Source: Torpedo marmorata
Lineage: Eukaryota
Assembly (NCBI GenBank): GCA_977017645.1
Contig: OZ360242.1
Coordinates: forward strand, 37,882,001-37,946,000
DNA: 64,000 nucleotides
Reading direction: 5' to 3'
Positions 49,271 to 61,280 of the stretch are shown piece by piece. Numbering within the stretch: the first letter of the stretch is position 1; every line of letters begins with the position of its first letter. The notes under the pieces were generated by a model, which did not search any database, had not been told where the DNA came from, and was given only the letters and a program-made list of their open reading frames with translations. The translations under genes and the position numbers were made by a program.

Positions 49271-50780
49271 TGATGGTTGATCTCCTTTGAGGGTGGTGAG
49301 TGCAGCACTGAAATGGCAAATGTGCACGTGTATATGATTGCCGACATCAAAGATTAGTAGTTCTGTGATGACCACTCACTGTGACCAATCTCATCAGGTC
49401 ATGAAGTTTCTTCTGCCAATGCTCAGGGATCCTCAGTTCTGACTGACATAAATACTGCCATTTGCTGCTGGGGTCTTCTGAAGGAAGCCCTGCCAGATCC
49501 ATTGTTTTACCCCTTAATGTACAGAATACTCCTCTTGGCCTCAATCTCATATAGTGGGACTTTAATGTCCCTTGTACATATTTTGAAACTTTCTCCTCCT
49601 CTTTACAGCCTCTTAAGCTCCCTCGCAGCCATGTTGTGTGTCCTGTTGTTTTGCCTGTTGGAGAGAATCTCCTAGGACTGATGCTTCTTTGTCTTGAAGC
49701 TGGTGTTGACATGTTGCAGAGATAAATAGTATGGTCCCATCAGGATTGGTTTTGTCTCATATTTCTAGATTTAAACCATCTTCATGTTATTTCTAATATA
49801 TTTTGGCCAAATTTTCTAATGATTTTCAGGGGACTAAAATTGGTGTTTGTATTATTTGCTGCATGTGCTTTGCTTGCCAGGAGAGGGTGAATTCCAGTTT
49901 TTGAGTACCAGGAGATTTGTCAGTTACAGAGAGTTAAGAGGCCTATTTCAGTAACCATATGCTGGGTACTTGGTTCTGGACAATTAGAATCATTGAGTCA
50001 TAAAGTCATATAGCATGGAAGTCGTCTTTTGGCCCAACACATCCACACCAACGAGTAGATGCCCATCTGTATTAACCACTTTGCCAAGATAGGTTTAAGC
50101 AGAAAGAAAATGACTTAACTCCACATAAACCTCTCTCATTGCCTTAATTTGTTTCAAGTAAGCTTTCCAGTGAATGGAACCATTCTGAATTTAACCATTC
50201 TTTTCAGGTTGGAAATATAATACAACAAACTTCCGTCAGCAGGTACTCTGATAAATCCTGACACATAAATATTGGGAAGAAATTAGAAATATGTCTCCTG
50301 TGGGGTACTTCACCTCAAGTTGAGAGGGCAGAAAGGGGCCAAGTTTAATATCCATCCAAAGACCACCACAGCACCAATGTATTAGCCAGAATTTTTGTGC
50401 TCTTGTAATTGGAGTCAAAGGGAGGAAAACTACCAACGTGAATATCAATGCACACTCTGCAATTTTTTCCACACTAAGTAATTCCTTTTGCAAATTTTCT
50501 ACTTCAAACCTTGATCCATACATTCGAGGGATACTCAGTCATTTGTTACATTCGTGTTCTTGCCACAGGATCACTTCCTATTGTTATTTTCTGAGGTTTC
50601 CATTAAGTTGACGGTCAAGAGGGTGAACTCCACAGAATATGAGAGAGGCTCCACAGGGGCTCCACAGGTATGGATCATGCAAAATTAACGGATGTAGCAG
50701 TTTAATAATATTCCTGACACTTGAATACCAAGAAGTTAGTGACACAGAGGTTTTTCCTTTTCCACATATTGTCTCAGAAG

Positions 50781-51104
50781 AAGTATGTTTCCGATTATCT
50801 AAAAACCACTTAACTGAAATTTTCAGTTATCCGAAATTTTGAAAGTTGAAAAAAAATGATATATTTTTTAATTTATGCATTTATCTTATTTTGTAAGCAG
50901 AGATCACGTTGTTTTTTGGTAAGAATTAAACATTATTTCATGCTTGAAAAACCTTCCGTTGTTTTTTCTTGATGTTTAACCGCTGATACAAGTATTCTGC
51001 TGATGCTATTGGGCTGCTTAAAGCAATTTCTCAGTTATCCGAAAAATCCGGTTAACCGGAAAAACGTCTGGTCCCAAGCATTTCGGATAATCGGAAATGT
51101 ACTG
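50781..51104. mobile_element. Tigger4/Zombi-like MITE
   Basis: AGTATGTTTCCGATTATCTAAA ... TTCGGATAATCGGAAATGTACTG|TA; shares GGTCCCAAG...TTCGGATAA with 5404-6062. Confidence 0.75.
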
Positions 51105-53277
51105 TACAAGTAAATTCTTTATTCAGTTTACGTGTGACTACATCTCGTGTAAATCTGCCTGGCATTCATTTGATAATTACATTATGAAAATTAAACTTAT
51201 CATTGTAAAAACTATTGCTGAACGTTTGTCTATCATTCCTGACGGCAATCTCAAGGATTAGGCTCTCTGGTTTACTGTTTTAATTTCAACAGGAATATGA
51301 TCACACAAAAAATGGTGGTGCTGTGATACTGCTGATTTCAGAAGAAAATTCAGTCATTGATGATGAACGTTAAAGACATCCTGCAACGACCGCAGTGTCT
51401 CCCAGGGTTATGTGCGATATAATTGTACAAGGCTGAAGATTTAATTATTTCAGACTTCCTTCAATTTACATTGTATATCATTCATTCCAAAATGTTTCGA
51501 AGACTTTGTCAGGGAAATTTGCTTCATCCATCATTTTAAAGACAGTTAAATTACTCTGACTTCTTTATCTCTTAATAACCCTTCAGCTTTGAGTCCTATA
51601 AATTAATTGGGGCAAAGTAACCACTCCCCAAATCTTAAGATTATGGGTATTGGTATTGGGTGGAATTTACTAATGCAGATAGACCTCAAAAATTAAATTC
51701 TATTTTTATCTATCCAAGAAAAGCTGCGACATTTAGAATTACAGAATTTATTTAGAAAATGTCGTCAAGGAGATGAGCAGAATTGGCTTTTTTATATTGT
51801 CAAAGCAATATCCCCCATTACTTCAATGTATTGTAGTCTATTGAATATAGATTGTGTGGGTCGTATTATTGCAAGGAAAAAAATGGTTAAACTGCTGTCC
51901 TTATTTGTTTACTTTTGGTATGTCACAGGAAATGATGCATTTGGTATCGAAATGCAATTATGTTTTAGGGTCATGAAAGACAGGAGAGTTTCAGTACATT
52001 ATTTTTATTTTGAAGCAATTTACAGTCTTGTTTCTTCAAAGAAAAGCCCCATTAATGGCATCAGGAAAACTATTTACTTCCTTGTTGAAATGATTTATCT
52101 CCCTACAATGCTTTTTGTAACTGCAGCATAGTGGTACATTATAATGCTTTTCTTTTCCAATTTTCTGCAGATGGAATTTTCAATACAAACTCATAATTTT
52201 TCAGGAATTTAAAATTACGCTGACAGCACCCAACCTTAACATTTTGGGAATTAAAACTGAGAAAAGGGATGAAATTGTTAGGTTTGAGTTGATCACGTTT
52301 AGGTTGAATACCGTCAATGTGAACAAATTGTTTTTTTAATGAAATTAAGTAGTATCTGATCATTTCAGCATAAACATGCAACCCATTCAAATGAAGGCTC
52401 TTTCTGTTAATTATGTTGCTGATGAATATATGAAATTTTCTCCATAAACAGAGGTTGCAATTAATTGTAAATAAGCAATGTGACAGCATGAATTGTGTCA
52501 AAACAAAGCAGCTTGTGTAATCATTCTCATAAAATGGTTCTTTTATTCTTATTCTAAACCAAAATAAGTCAAAATTGTTAAATATGTACTGTATGAATAG
52601 CAGCACTTTCTGAACATTGAACTAAAATTACCATTTATGTTTTTCTATTTTTTGGGTCAAGCAGTGAGTTAATGTAATTTTTTGTAACTTAAATATTCCT
52701 TAGATGATTTGTTCTCTTTGGCCAACTGTCATGTCTGTCGGCCTCATATATTGATATGGAGAAGGTTCTGAGTGAGAGTGGAGAAGGTTCTGAGTGACAG
52801 TGATCAACCTGAAATGTTCTCTTTGTTTCTCATTCCAGCAGTTTTGTTTTTATTTCAGATGTTAATCATTTGAAATTTTTTGCTTTTCTAAAATAATGAT
52901 AGCCTGATCACCAGGTTGGAGGGGACATCACTAGCAGAAGGCTTTTATCCAGGGCCACCACCAACACTAAATTAACAGACTCAGGGCAGCAGTACAATCT
53001 GGGGGAACGGGAAGATCAGTGGAAACGGGAAGATCAGTGGAAGAGTTTGATGAGCAGGTTGCTGGCAGTGGGGGATGGGGGGGGTAGGGGGGAGTCAGAT
53101 GGAAGGGAGATTGGTAATGGGAGAGATGAGGAATGTTGATGGTATGGAATGGGATATGAGGTTGTCCCTCAGCAGAACCAGAAGGAAGCTTCCTGGGAGA
53201 GGATTCCGAAACGCAAAAGAAATGTTTATTGTTTTGTATTACAAAAAAAATACTGTCATTTTATATATATTAAATAT

Positions 53278-53523
53278 NNNNNNNNNNNNNNNNNNNNNNN
53301 NNNNNNNNNNNNNNNNNNNNNNNNNNNNNNNNNNNNNNNNNNNNNNNNNNNNNNNNNNNNNNNNNNNNNNNNNNNNNNNNNNNNNNNNNNNNNNNNNNNN
53401 NNNNNNNNNNNNNNNNNNNNNNNNNNNNNNNNNNNNNNNNNNNNNNNNNNNNNNNNNNNNNNNNNNNNNNNNNNNNNNNNNNNNNNNNNNNNNNNNNNNN
53501 NNNNNNNNNNNNNNNNNNNNNNN
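53278..53523. other. Assembly gap (N run)
   Basis: Run of N characters. Confidence 1.
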
Positions 53524-53880
53524 CATTGTATCATAAATTCAATACATTATCTTATAATCCATCAACACCTCTGATGTTATCCCCTTAAACACTATCTCCA
53601 GTGTCATAAGTGTCCAGTGCCAACAGAACCTTGGGCTGCAGCCCTTCCCCACAGAGCTTTTACAATGGCTGCACCAAGCTTCAGTGCATCCCTCAGCAAT
53701 ACTCCTGCGCCTTGTGACTCTGGAAGACCAATAAGTTTTGGGTAGTCCAAAGTTGGTCTGTCACTGAATTGATGGTCTTCCAGCGGCGAATGACGTGCAT
53801 CTCAATATGTATTCAGTTATTCCAGGGCAAATATACTCTGAAAGTCAATCTGTTCAAGACAGCCCCAGTGCCGATCATTG
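53524..53880 (-). mobile_element. Tx1/L1-clade LINE C-terminal remnant
   Basis: Minus translation WKTINSVTDQLWTTQNLLVFQ...LRDALKLGAAIVKALWGR. Confidence 0.65.
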
Positions 53881-54019
53881 TAAATCAGATCCCAGGAAAA
53901 TGGAACAGAAGACAATATGATTCTTTATATCTTTCGGACTGACAATTTACTGTTGAAAATATGACTCCCATTCAACATGGGATTGTTGGCAACCTTCCTC
54001 TTCTTGCACCGCTTGTACT

Positions 54020-54440
54020 TTCACCCTTCCATTTTCTGCTTCCTTCCTCCTTTACGTGCCCCTGCCCCCACCAATCAGTCCATCTGTCTCTTTCTCTTTA
54101 TCTCTTCCATTCTCGCACATTTCTCCTCCATTCCCTCCTTTGTCCTTTCTTTCTCCTCATCCTTGTAACCCTCCTCCCACTCACCTTCTCTCCCTTCTTC
54201 TCCTTCCTCCCTTCCTCTCCTCTTCTACCTCACTTCCTCCCCCTCCCTTACATCTCCCCCTCCCTTACTCTTCCCCTCCCTCGCATCTCCCTTCCCATTC
54301 ATCACACCTCCTGATTCACTTTCCTGTTGCCCTTTCTTTTCCTCCCGTCCCCTCTCTCGTTTCTTCCTCCTCCAATCTTTTCCCCTCGCACTTTGTCCTT
54401 TCTCTACTTTACTTCTTTCTAGCCCCCTCCCCCACCCCAA
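54020..54440. repeat. Polypyrimidine low-complexity tract
   Basis: About 400 bp of mostly C/T. Confidence 0.9.
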
Positions 54441-56039
54441 CTCACTATCCACTGAACTGGTGATTTGATCTTTATAGGTTAGTTTCCCGGAAAATATATA
54501 ACTTGTGCCAATCATATCTGGGTCAGCCAATTTCCCATTGAAATAAGAGAAATCCTGTTAGTGTGGGATTCTGCTGACCATATGTGAGGTGTTATTGGCT
54601 TCCACTCAATCGTTCCTCAGAGGCTGTACCCAGACTGTGATGTACTGGAGAACAATGAATGGGTGAGGACTAATCTGCAGTTCTTTAGAGCACAGAACAT
54701 GATGTAATTGAAGGACAAGTTCAACACTTTGAGATTCCATTATCGACAAAGTAGAGCTGTTACAAAAAAAAAATCCAGATATTAGTGTTCTGCACAGAAA
54801 TGCTGCGTTGTTGAAGTTTACAGCTCTATTTTGGCAGCTGTTTACCAGAAGCTCACAATGAAATCAGTCCCTGGTTTCTGCCCCACACAGCACAGAAGCT
54901 TTTTGATGGCTTGGCCAAAACATTAAGGGATTGGGACCCGCTTGCTGGTGGGAAACTAAAACAAGAAGTACTCCAGTCAGCAGTTCCTCAAAGAGCCAAT
55001 GACAGCTCAATGAAATCAGTGATTCTCTCATTAACTCCGATGAGCCTTTTTGTTTAGCTGTTAGGAAGGAAAGGGTATTATCTGTTAAGCCAGAGGTACT
55101 GGGAGCTCCTGGTGATTACAGTTTGGGCATGATTCGTCTTCCTGGGCAGAATACAAATCTTTGAGTTTGAGGGTAGCAATAATCATTAAGGCGAACATTT
55201 CAAGCTGACAAAAGCTCACCATGCTCATTATCCTATTAGCTCCATTTTGTCCTGTGGTGCACTTAATGCTACTTTCCCTCAGTTTACCTTGTCGGATGAT
55301 TGTATGTCTGACTTTTCGGCGGAGGTGATTGAGAGGGGAGAAAAGTTTTACATGCCTTAATGATGGGAAGCTGGGGAAATCTATTATCATTGCACGAGTC
55401 TGAATGCTGGAGAGGTTTTGAAAGACTGAGCAAAAACAAATGTAATTCATATTCTCAAGCAGAGCAACAGTGCCAGAGTTGGCAACTACACACACATTAG
55501 CCTGACCTCAATAATTGGAAAACTAATGGAATGAGGAATCATTCTGTAGGAGCAGCTGGATGAAAATAACTTAATAAATAATAGCTTGTGCATCGAGAGG
55601 AAGGAGAGATCCAGCCCGACTGTTTTTCACAAGGTGAAATTCTAAATTGGTGGTGAAAAGCTACAAGTTATGGACCTTAAATTCTCAAATAGCTTCAACA
55701 AAAGGAAAATCATATGAAAGACTCCTTTGTAAATGAAAGGCAGTGGGTGTTATTAATAACAACAGTTATACAATTCGAGCTGACAAAACAGACCAGTGCA
55801 CTTTAGAGAGACACAACTGGACACTGAGCAGTGCTAAGGGAAGAATTGGGAGAGATGACCAAAAGCATGGTTGGATTTTGCCATCGTAATGATTGCATTC
55901 ATTACACTGTGAAAATTTGGGGCAAGGACATGCACAGTTTGGCATATAAATTCCGAAGCTCTCTTGGTGCTTCGCTACAGATTCTTCCACAGCCACCCTC
56001 AACATTATCGAGACATCAATGAACTGATGAGGTCCCATG

Positions 56040-56284
56040 GATTTTCTTTTGGACATAGAGCACAGTAATAGGCTCTTCCGGCCCACGAGCCCTTGCCGCC
56101 CAATTACACCCAATTGACGTACAACCCCTGTACATTTTGAAGGGTGGGAGGCAACCGGAGCACCCGGAGGAAACCCACGCAGGCACGGGGAGAACGTAAA
56201 ACTCCGTACAGACAGCGCCAGATTCGAACCTCAGTTGCTGGCGCTGTAACAGCGTCACACTAACTGCTACACTAACCGTGCCAC
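56040..56284 (-). mobile_element. Young V-SINE/HE1-like SINE
   Basis: Minus strand: tRNA-like head with GGTTCGAATC B-box, V-domain CTGCGTGGGTTTCCTCCGGGTGCTCCGGTT, CR1-type tail. Confidence 0.9.
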
Positions 56285-56671
56285 CTTTTATTAACTACTC
56301 CTGCTGTACAATACCCTAAAAAATGTCACATTCTGTTGCTTGAAGTATAAGTCTGTTTTTAGAAAGGTTATAATTATTGATTAGCAAACTCTGTCCAGAA
56401 TAAAACTAATTTTGGGCATGACAACTTAAATCCCTTAAATAAGTATTTTCTTTAAAATTAAAATATCTTTGTTTTTTTTCAAAAATTTATGATATTTTAC
56501 TTTCTATTTTAATTTTCTATATGTTCCAATCTTTATCCATCAGTGTTAACATTTTCAAAATTCTGTTTATAAATGTAGGTTTGTACTTTTTACTTTGTTG
56601 CCTTTTGAGATTTTGTCTAGTTGTTTTGTTACATTAGCAAATGAGATAACCAATTGTAGCAAAATGTGATA

Positions 56672-57413
56672 CAGGTAGTCCTCATCTTACGACCTACGTG
56701 AGTTACGTCCACCCGCACATACGACCGAATTTTTTTTTGTATTAAAAGTATTGTATATATGTTGAGATTCTTTATTACAGTATTTACTTGAAGTTCATAA
56801 AAATCGCATCGCGAAAAAAGTGGGGTCGCACTAAATCGGGGTTTCAATAAAGCATTATAACAGTTGAAATTAAAACACAGATCAATGGCCGTCTTCGTTA
56901 CCCATAATCCCCCACGCAGCTGGAACTGCTCTGCGTTTCCATGGCGCTGGTACTGGCAGAGCGGTTCCAGCTGCGAGGGGGATTATGGTAATGAAGACGG
57001 CCATTGATCTGTGTTTTAATTTCGAAGACATGTTCAGGGCGTCGGGAGCTCCGGTGGGTGGTTGGCCGAGGCATCGGGAGCTCGCATGGGTGGGCGGTCG
57101 GGGCGTTTGGAGCTCCGTTGAGCGGGTGGCTTGTGCGTCGGGAGCTCGGATGGGCAGGCGGTCGGGGCGTCGGGAGCTCGAATGGGTGAGCTGATCCATA
57201 AGGATAGGTTTCCCTTGAATTAGCTAGGACCAGAATCCAAGTAAATACACCAACTAGAGCTGGAAACAAGGTTTTAAACTGAAAATAATGTTGATGGTGG
57301 TGGTAGTGGGGGAGGTAGCAGATATGCGCGGCAGGATGAATCTGACTTACGACCAATCTGAGTTACGACCACTCCTTCGGTCCCAATTACGGTCGTAAGT
57401 CGAGGACTACCTG
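56672..57413. mobile_element. Tigger-type MITE with internal hairpin and GC-rich repeats
   Basis: TA|CAGGTAGTCCTCATCTTACGACC...GGTCGTAAGTCGAGGACTACCTG|TA. Confidence 0.92.
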
Positions 57414-59980
57414 TAAAAGGTACACAATCAAGCAAACTATTTCAGAAGGATTGATGAGGGATTAGTTGTTGTTTGACTCTTAAGAAAAGCTCTTTTCTTT
57501 TTATCATTTACTTTATGCACTGATGAGCTGGAATAACTAATTTACTTTGTCAATTGAAATCCAGCACTTCAGTATGGCAGTCTGATCTGGAACTTGAGCC
57601 CACAATCTTCAACGATGTGAATGATAACACTGCAACAAGAGGCACAATATTATGGGATGGGGATAAATAAATACCAGTAACTAATGAAGTTAAAGATGTG
57701 GTGGATTAGTAAATGGAAAAGTGGGTACTTAGAAATGGATTCCTTGATTGGGGTAAATGCTATGAGCACTAACACTTGGCTGGAAAGCTCGCATACACTT
57801 GGCTTCCTGATTTAACCTTGGTCAGCTGAATTTACTCAGCATCAGAAAACCTTGATCAGCTTCAGAATAAAGGAAATGCCAATATAGGTTTCTGAGCCAA
57901 AGGGAGTCACGGTAGCCATACCCCTATTCCTAAACCTCATTATTGGCATGACTGCTTATTTTCTGCTCCACCAGAAGATGCCTTTAAATTCCAGAGCATA
58001 CATGGAAACCCGGAGTTTTACAAATAGCATAGAGTTTAAACAAATAGGATAATCGAGAGCCTCAGATAGGTTATTGGAAGGGAATTGCAGAGGTCTAAGC
58101 CCACTATTATGGAGGTGAGGGGGTGGAGTAAGGGGGTAAGTGGTTCCACAGACGTTTCACAGCTCCAGTGATCTTAATCCTGTTCTGACCTTCCGGTTTC
58201 CCCAGTTGCTCCCATTTCCGCTCTTCTCCCAAAGGCACACTGTTGGGAGGTTAATTGTTTCCTAGTTGGGGAAGGTGGCAGAAAAATTCAGATGTTCATT
58301 GATAAGTGTGAGGGAATATGTTAGAGGGTAATTAGTATTGAGGGGAGCAAGATTGATGGGGTTTCTGAGTTTTTCCATACACCCAATAGGCTGAATCTCC
58401 CACAAATAAATTTCTGACTTTACTCCCTGCTGCAGGCCTTCTTTAAATGTGACCCTTGCCCCATGACCCACCACCTGTGATCCACTCTACTTAATTTCAC
58501 TGCTCACTCTGTCATGACAAAATGAGTGAAGCAAAGGTCTTTCTGCACACAAAGGCATGAAAGACCTGTTTTGGTCCAGCTAAACCTGTGCTTGGTGGAA
58601 TATTGCTGTGGAAGGTGCTGTGAAGAAAAATTGAGTAGATCCTGTCGGCTCTTTCACCTGCTCCACAATTCCTGGTGGGCATGACTGATCTTTCAACTAA
58701 TTTCGCTTGCCTGCCATTGCTTTCTGGTTAATGAAAATCTACCAATCCCAAATGCTATTCTAGCAATTGACCCATTGTTAGAGAGGGAAATCCATATGAG
58801 AATTTATTTCTTAATTTCACTTCGGAAATCCTGAGGTCTAATTTTGTGGACCGTTCTGTTCTGACATTAGATCCCCATGCTCCACTATGGAGGATCACTA
58901 TCCAAAATGGAAATAAGTTAGGTTGGAGATTTGTCATGATGTCGATTCTGAGTTGATCCCTGACATCCATGAGAAACTACTCACAGATTTGGTGAATAAA
59001 TGGTGGGGAAGCCAGGAATCAATGTCAAATTGTTTTCTTTCAATCCTATCAGGATCGCGTGACACCCTTCCCACATTCCTCAAACAATTCACCCAATTGA
59101 AAGGTTTTGCGGGGAGGCTTAGCTCTATAGTATTGTGTGAAGCCAGTGTAACTGAGCTTTGTACAATTAAATAGTAAGGTGATCTTCTTTCATCTGTGCA
59201 AGAAAAGCACTGGAGTTCCTGATCTTGGCCACTGAAGTAATTAAACTAGAGTGTCAGGCACCAGAATTGCATTTTATTTCTAATATGCTGTCCTGCCAGC
59301 CTGGGATATACTAGGCTAAATCCAGAGATGTAAAGGACACTGAAGCAGTCTGGAAAAAGATTAAACGTTTTTAAAGCATTTTTTTTTAACCCACACATAG
59401 TTTTTGCTTTTTTCAAAGATAAATCTGCATTTAGTTTGCAGAGCTTGAAAAAAAAGCATCTTCTTTGTAGGTTTGAGTGCTTTGGGAGTATATAGATTTC
59501 ACTGCTTCAAAAACTTCAGCATGATTTGAATACAAGTGACTTACAGTGATAAGTACATTAGCTCCTCTGTTAATTACTGTATTTCATATGTAACTAATTT
59601 GACAGCCAGGGGCAACACAATATGCTAACTACTTCATATACTCTAACTATAGAGAACTTGGTCTTTTTGCACATGACAGTGTTGAAACAGGACATTGGAA
59701 TTTTAATGGTTATCCATGAATCTTATTTAGATTTACTTTCTGATCACGGGCAATTAGCGACAGAAAGTGTTTTTTTTTATCAAATTAGAAGTACATCAAA
59801 TATATCTCCGTTGTTGATATAATTGTATGCTAAATTTTGGTTCAGTTTGTTCAGGTTTCTTATTCAGAAGGTTTGGGGTTAAATTCCTGGAGTCTTGGGC
59901 CAAAAACTGGTGCAGTGCTGAGGGAGTTCTGCAATGTTGAAAGTACAGTCTTTCAGAGGAGCCATTAAACAATTGCTCTG

Positions 59981-59984
<4 letters not shown>

Positions 59985-60055
<71 letters not shown>
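59985..60055. repeat. (CT)n(GA)n palindromic microsatellite
   Basis: CT run abuts a GA run at CTC|GAG (60023/60024). Confidence 0.95.
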
Positions 60056-60058
<3 letters not shown>

Positions 60059-60557
60059 GAAAAATCCCATTGCATTATTTTGAAAAGAGAGCCCATGGGT
60101 TATCCTCAGTCGTCAACATTCCTGGCCAACAGTTACCCTATAATCTATATTTCTTTTATACAGATTATATTATTATTATCATATTACTCTGTTAGCATTT
60201 GTATGTAAATTGGCTGCTGTATTTCTTGCATTTCAACAGTAACTACATTTTATATCAGATGAGATAAGGACATTTAATATATTCCTGCTTTGCTTTATCT
60301 AACCAGGTGCAGTTAGTAATTGGGATAGATGTACAACTTCCTGAGGAAGGAGCTTGCTGAATAAATGTTCTCCTAAAGTGTCCACTGATACCACCCAAAA
60401 TCTTGGATCAGACACTAAAATATTTTGAGCAGTTTGCACACTATTTGGAAACTTGTCTTTGCAAAAGGAATGGAAGTTTGGATTGCCATTGCGGTGACTT
60501 GCTCAGGTGCCAATTAAGTTGTGATATCAACAGGGTGGGTCCCATGCTTTTTAAATA

Positions 60558-60878
60558 CAGGTAGTCCTCAACTTACGACCATGTTCCGTTCTGACCGACT
60601 GGTCGTATCTCAAAATGGACATAAGTCGGAAATTCACTGTATCCGTTTTATCGTTCATCAAATACAACATGGCGGCCACCAAGGCCAGCTCTCCCGAGAG
60701 GTTGGCCACCCCTGCCATAGGCACTATTTTCCATAGATAGGCCCCTACTTTCACCCCAAAAGCGTAATTTTTATATTTACATATATTTTTTCTTTATTTT
60801 TTTAATTTATACGGAATTCTTTTGGTCGTATGTACGGATGGTTGTAAGTCGCATAGGTCATAAGTCAGGGACTACCTG
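60558..60878. mobile_element. Tigger-type MITE, same TIR family as 56672-57413
   Basis: TA|CAGGTAGTCCTCAACTTACGACC...GGTCATAAGTCAGGGACTACCTG|TA. Confidence 0.92.
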
Positions 60879-61059
60879 TAGTCAGCTAGATGCTGCTTTC
60901 AGTCATGACAATTACATTCATAAAGAATTTCTTAGAAGGGAAATTGAAGCCATAATGGCAGGAACATATCATGATAAACAGTCATAGTTGCAAAAAATAG
61001 AGGCTGTGATAATTCTCAGATAGATGATTTCATCTCCCTCGGCTCATTGTTAAGGGATA

Positions 61060-61280
61060 TCTAGATGCCTGGACTAATGGTCTGTAAACCTGAGTTCCTA
61101 CCCCACTGTGACAGCAACAGAGAAATATACATCCAATTAATTAAATAAATCTACCATCAATAATGGTGACCACGATTTTTCTGGATTGTCAACAAGAACC
61201 ATCTGGTTTGATAATGTCATTTAGGGAAATAAATCTTCCATCTTTATCCAGCCTAATCTATGTCTATGAGTCCCTGTTCC
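61060..61280 (+). mobile_element. Old SINE remnant
   Basis: ATGGTGACCACGA...GGATTGTC...CCATCTGGTTT...TTTAGGGAA; resembles 3190-3460. Confidence 0.45.

Noticed and set aside
49347-49712. 121-aa minus-strand ORF
   Set aside because: No recognisable motif or supporting gene structure.
52757-53042. Short tandem duplications (22-bp unit at ~52757-52800, 18-bp unit at ~53006-53042)
   Set aside because: Ordinary two-copy slippage events in a degraded repeat.
53075-53574. ORFs spanning the N run
   Set aside because: Artefacts of the assembly gap.
53961-54530. Leu/Pro/Ser-rich ORFs
   Set aside because: Translation of a polypyrimidine low-complexity tract.
56210-56284. tRNA-like sequence
   Set aside because: It is the head of a V-SINE, continuous with the SINE body; no complete cloverleaf.
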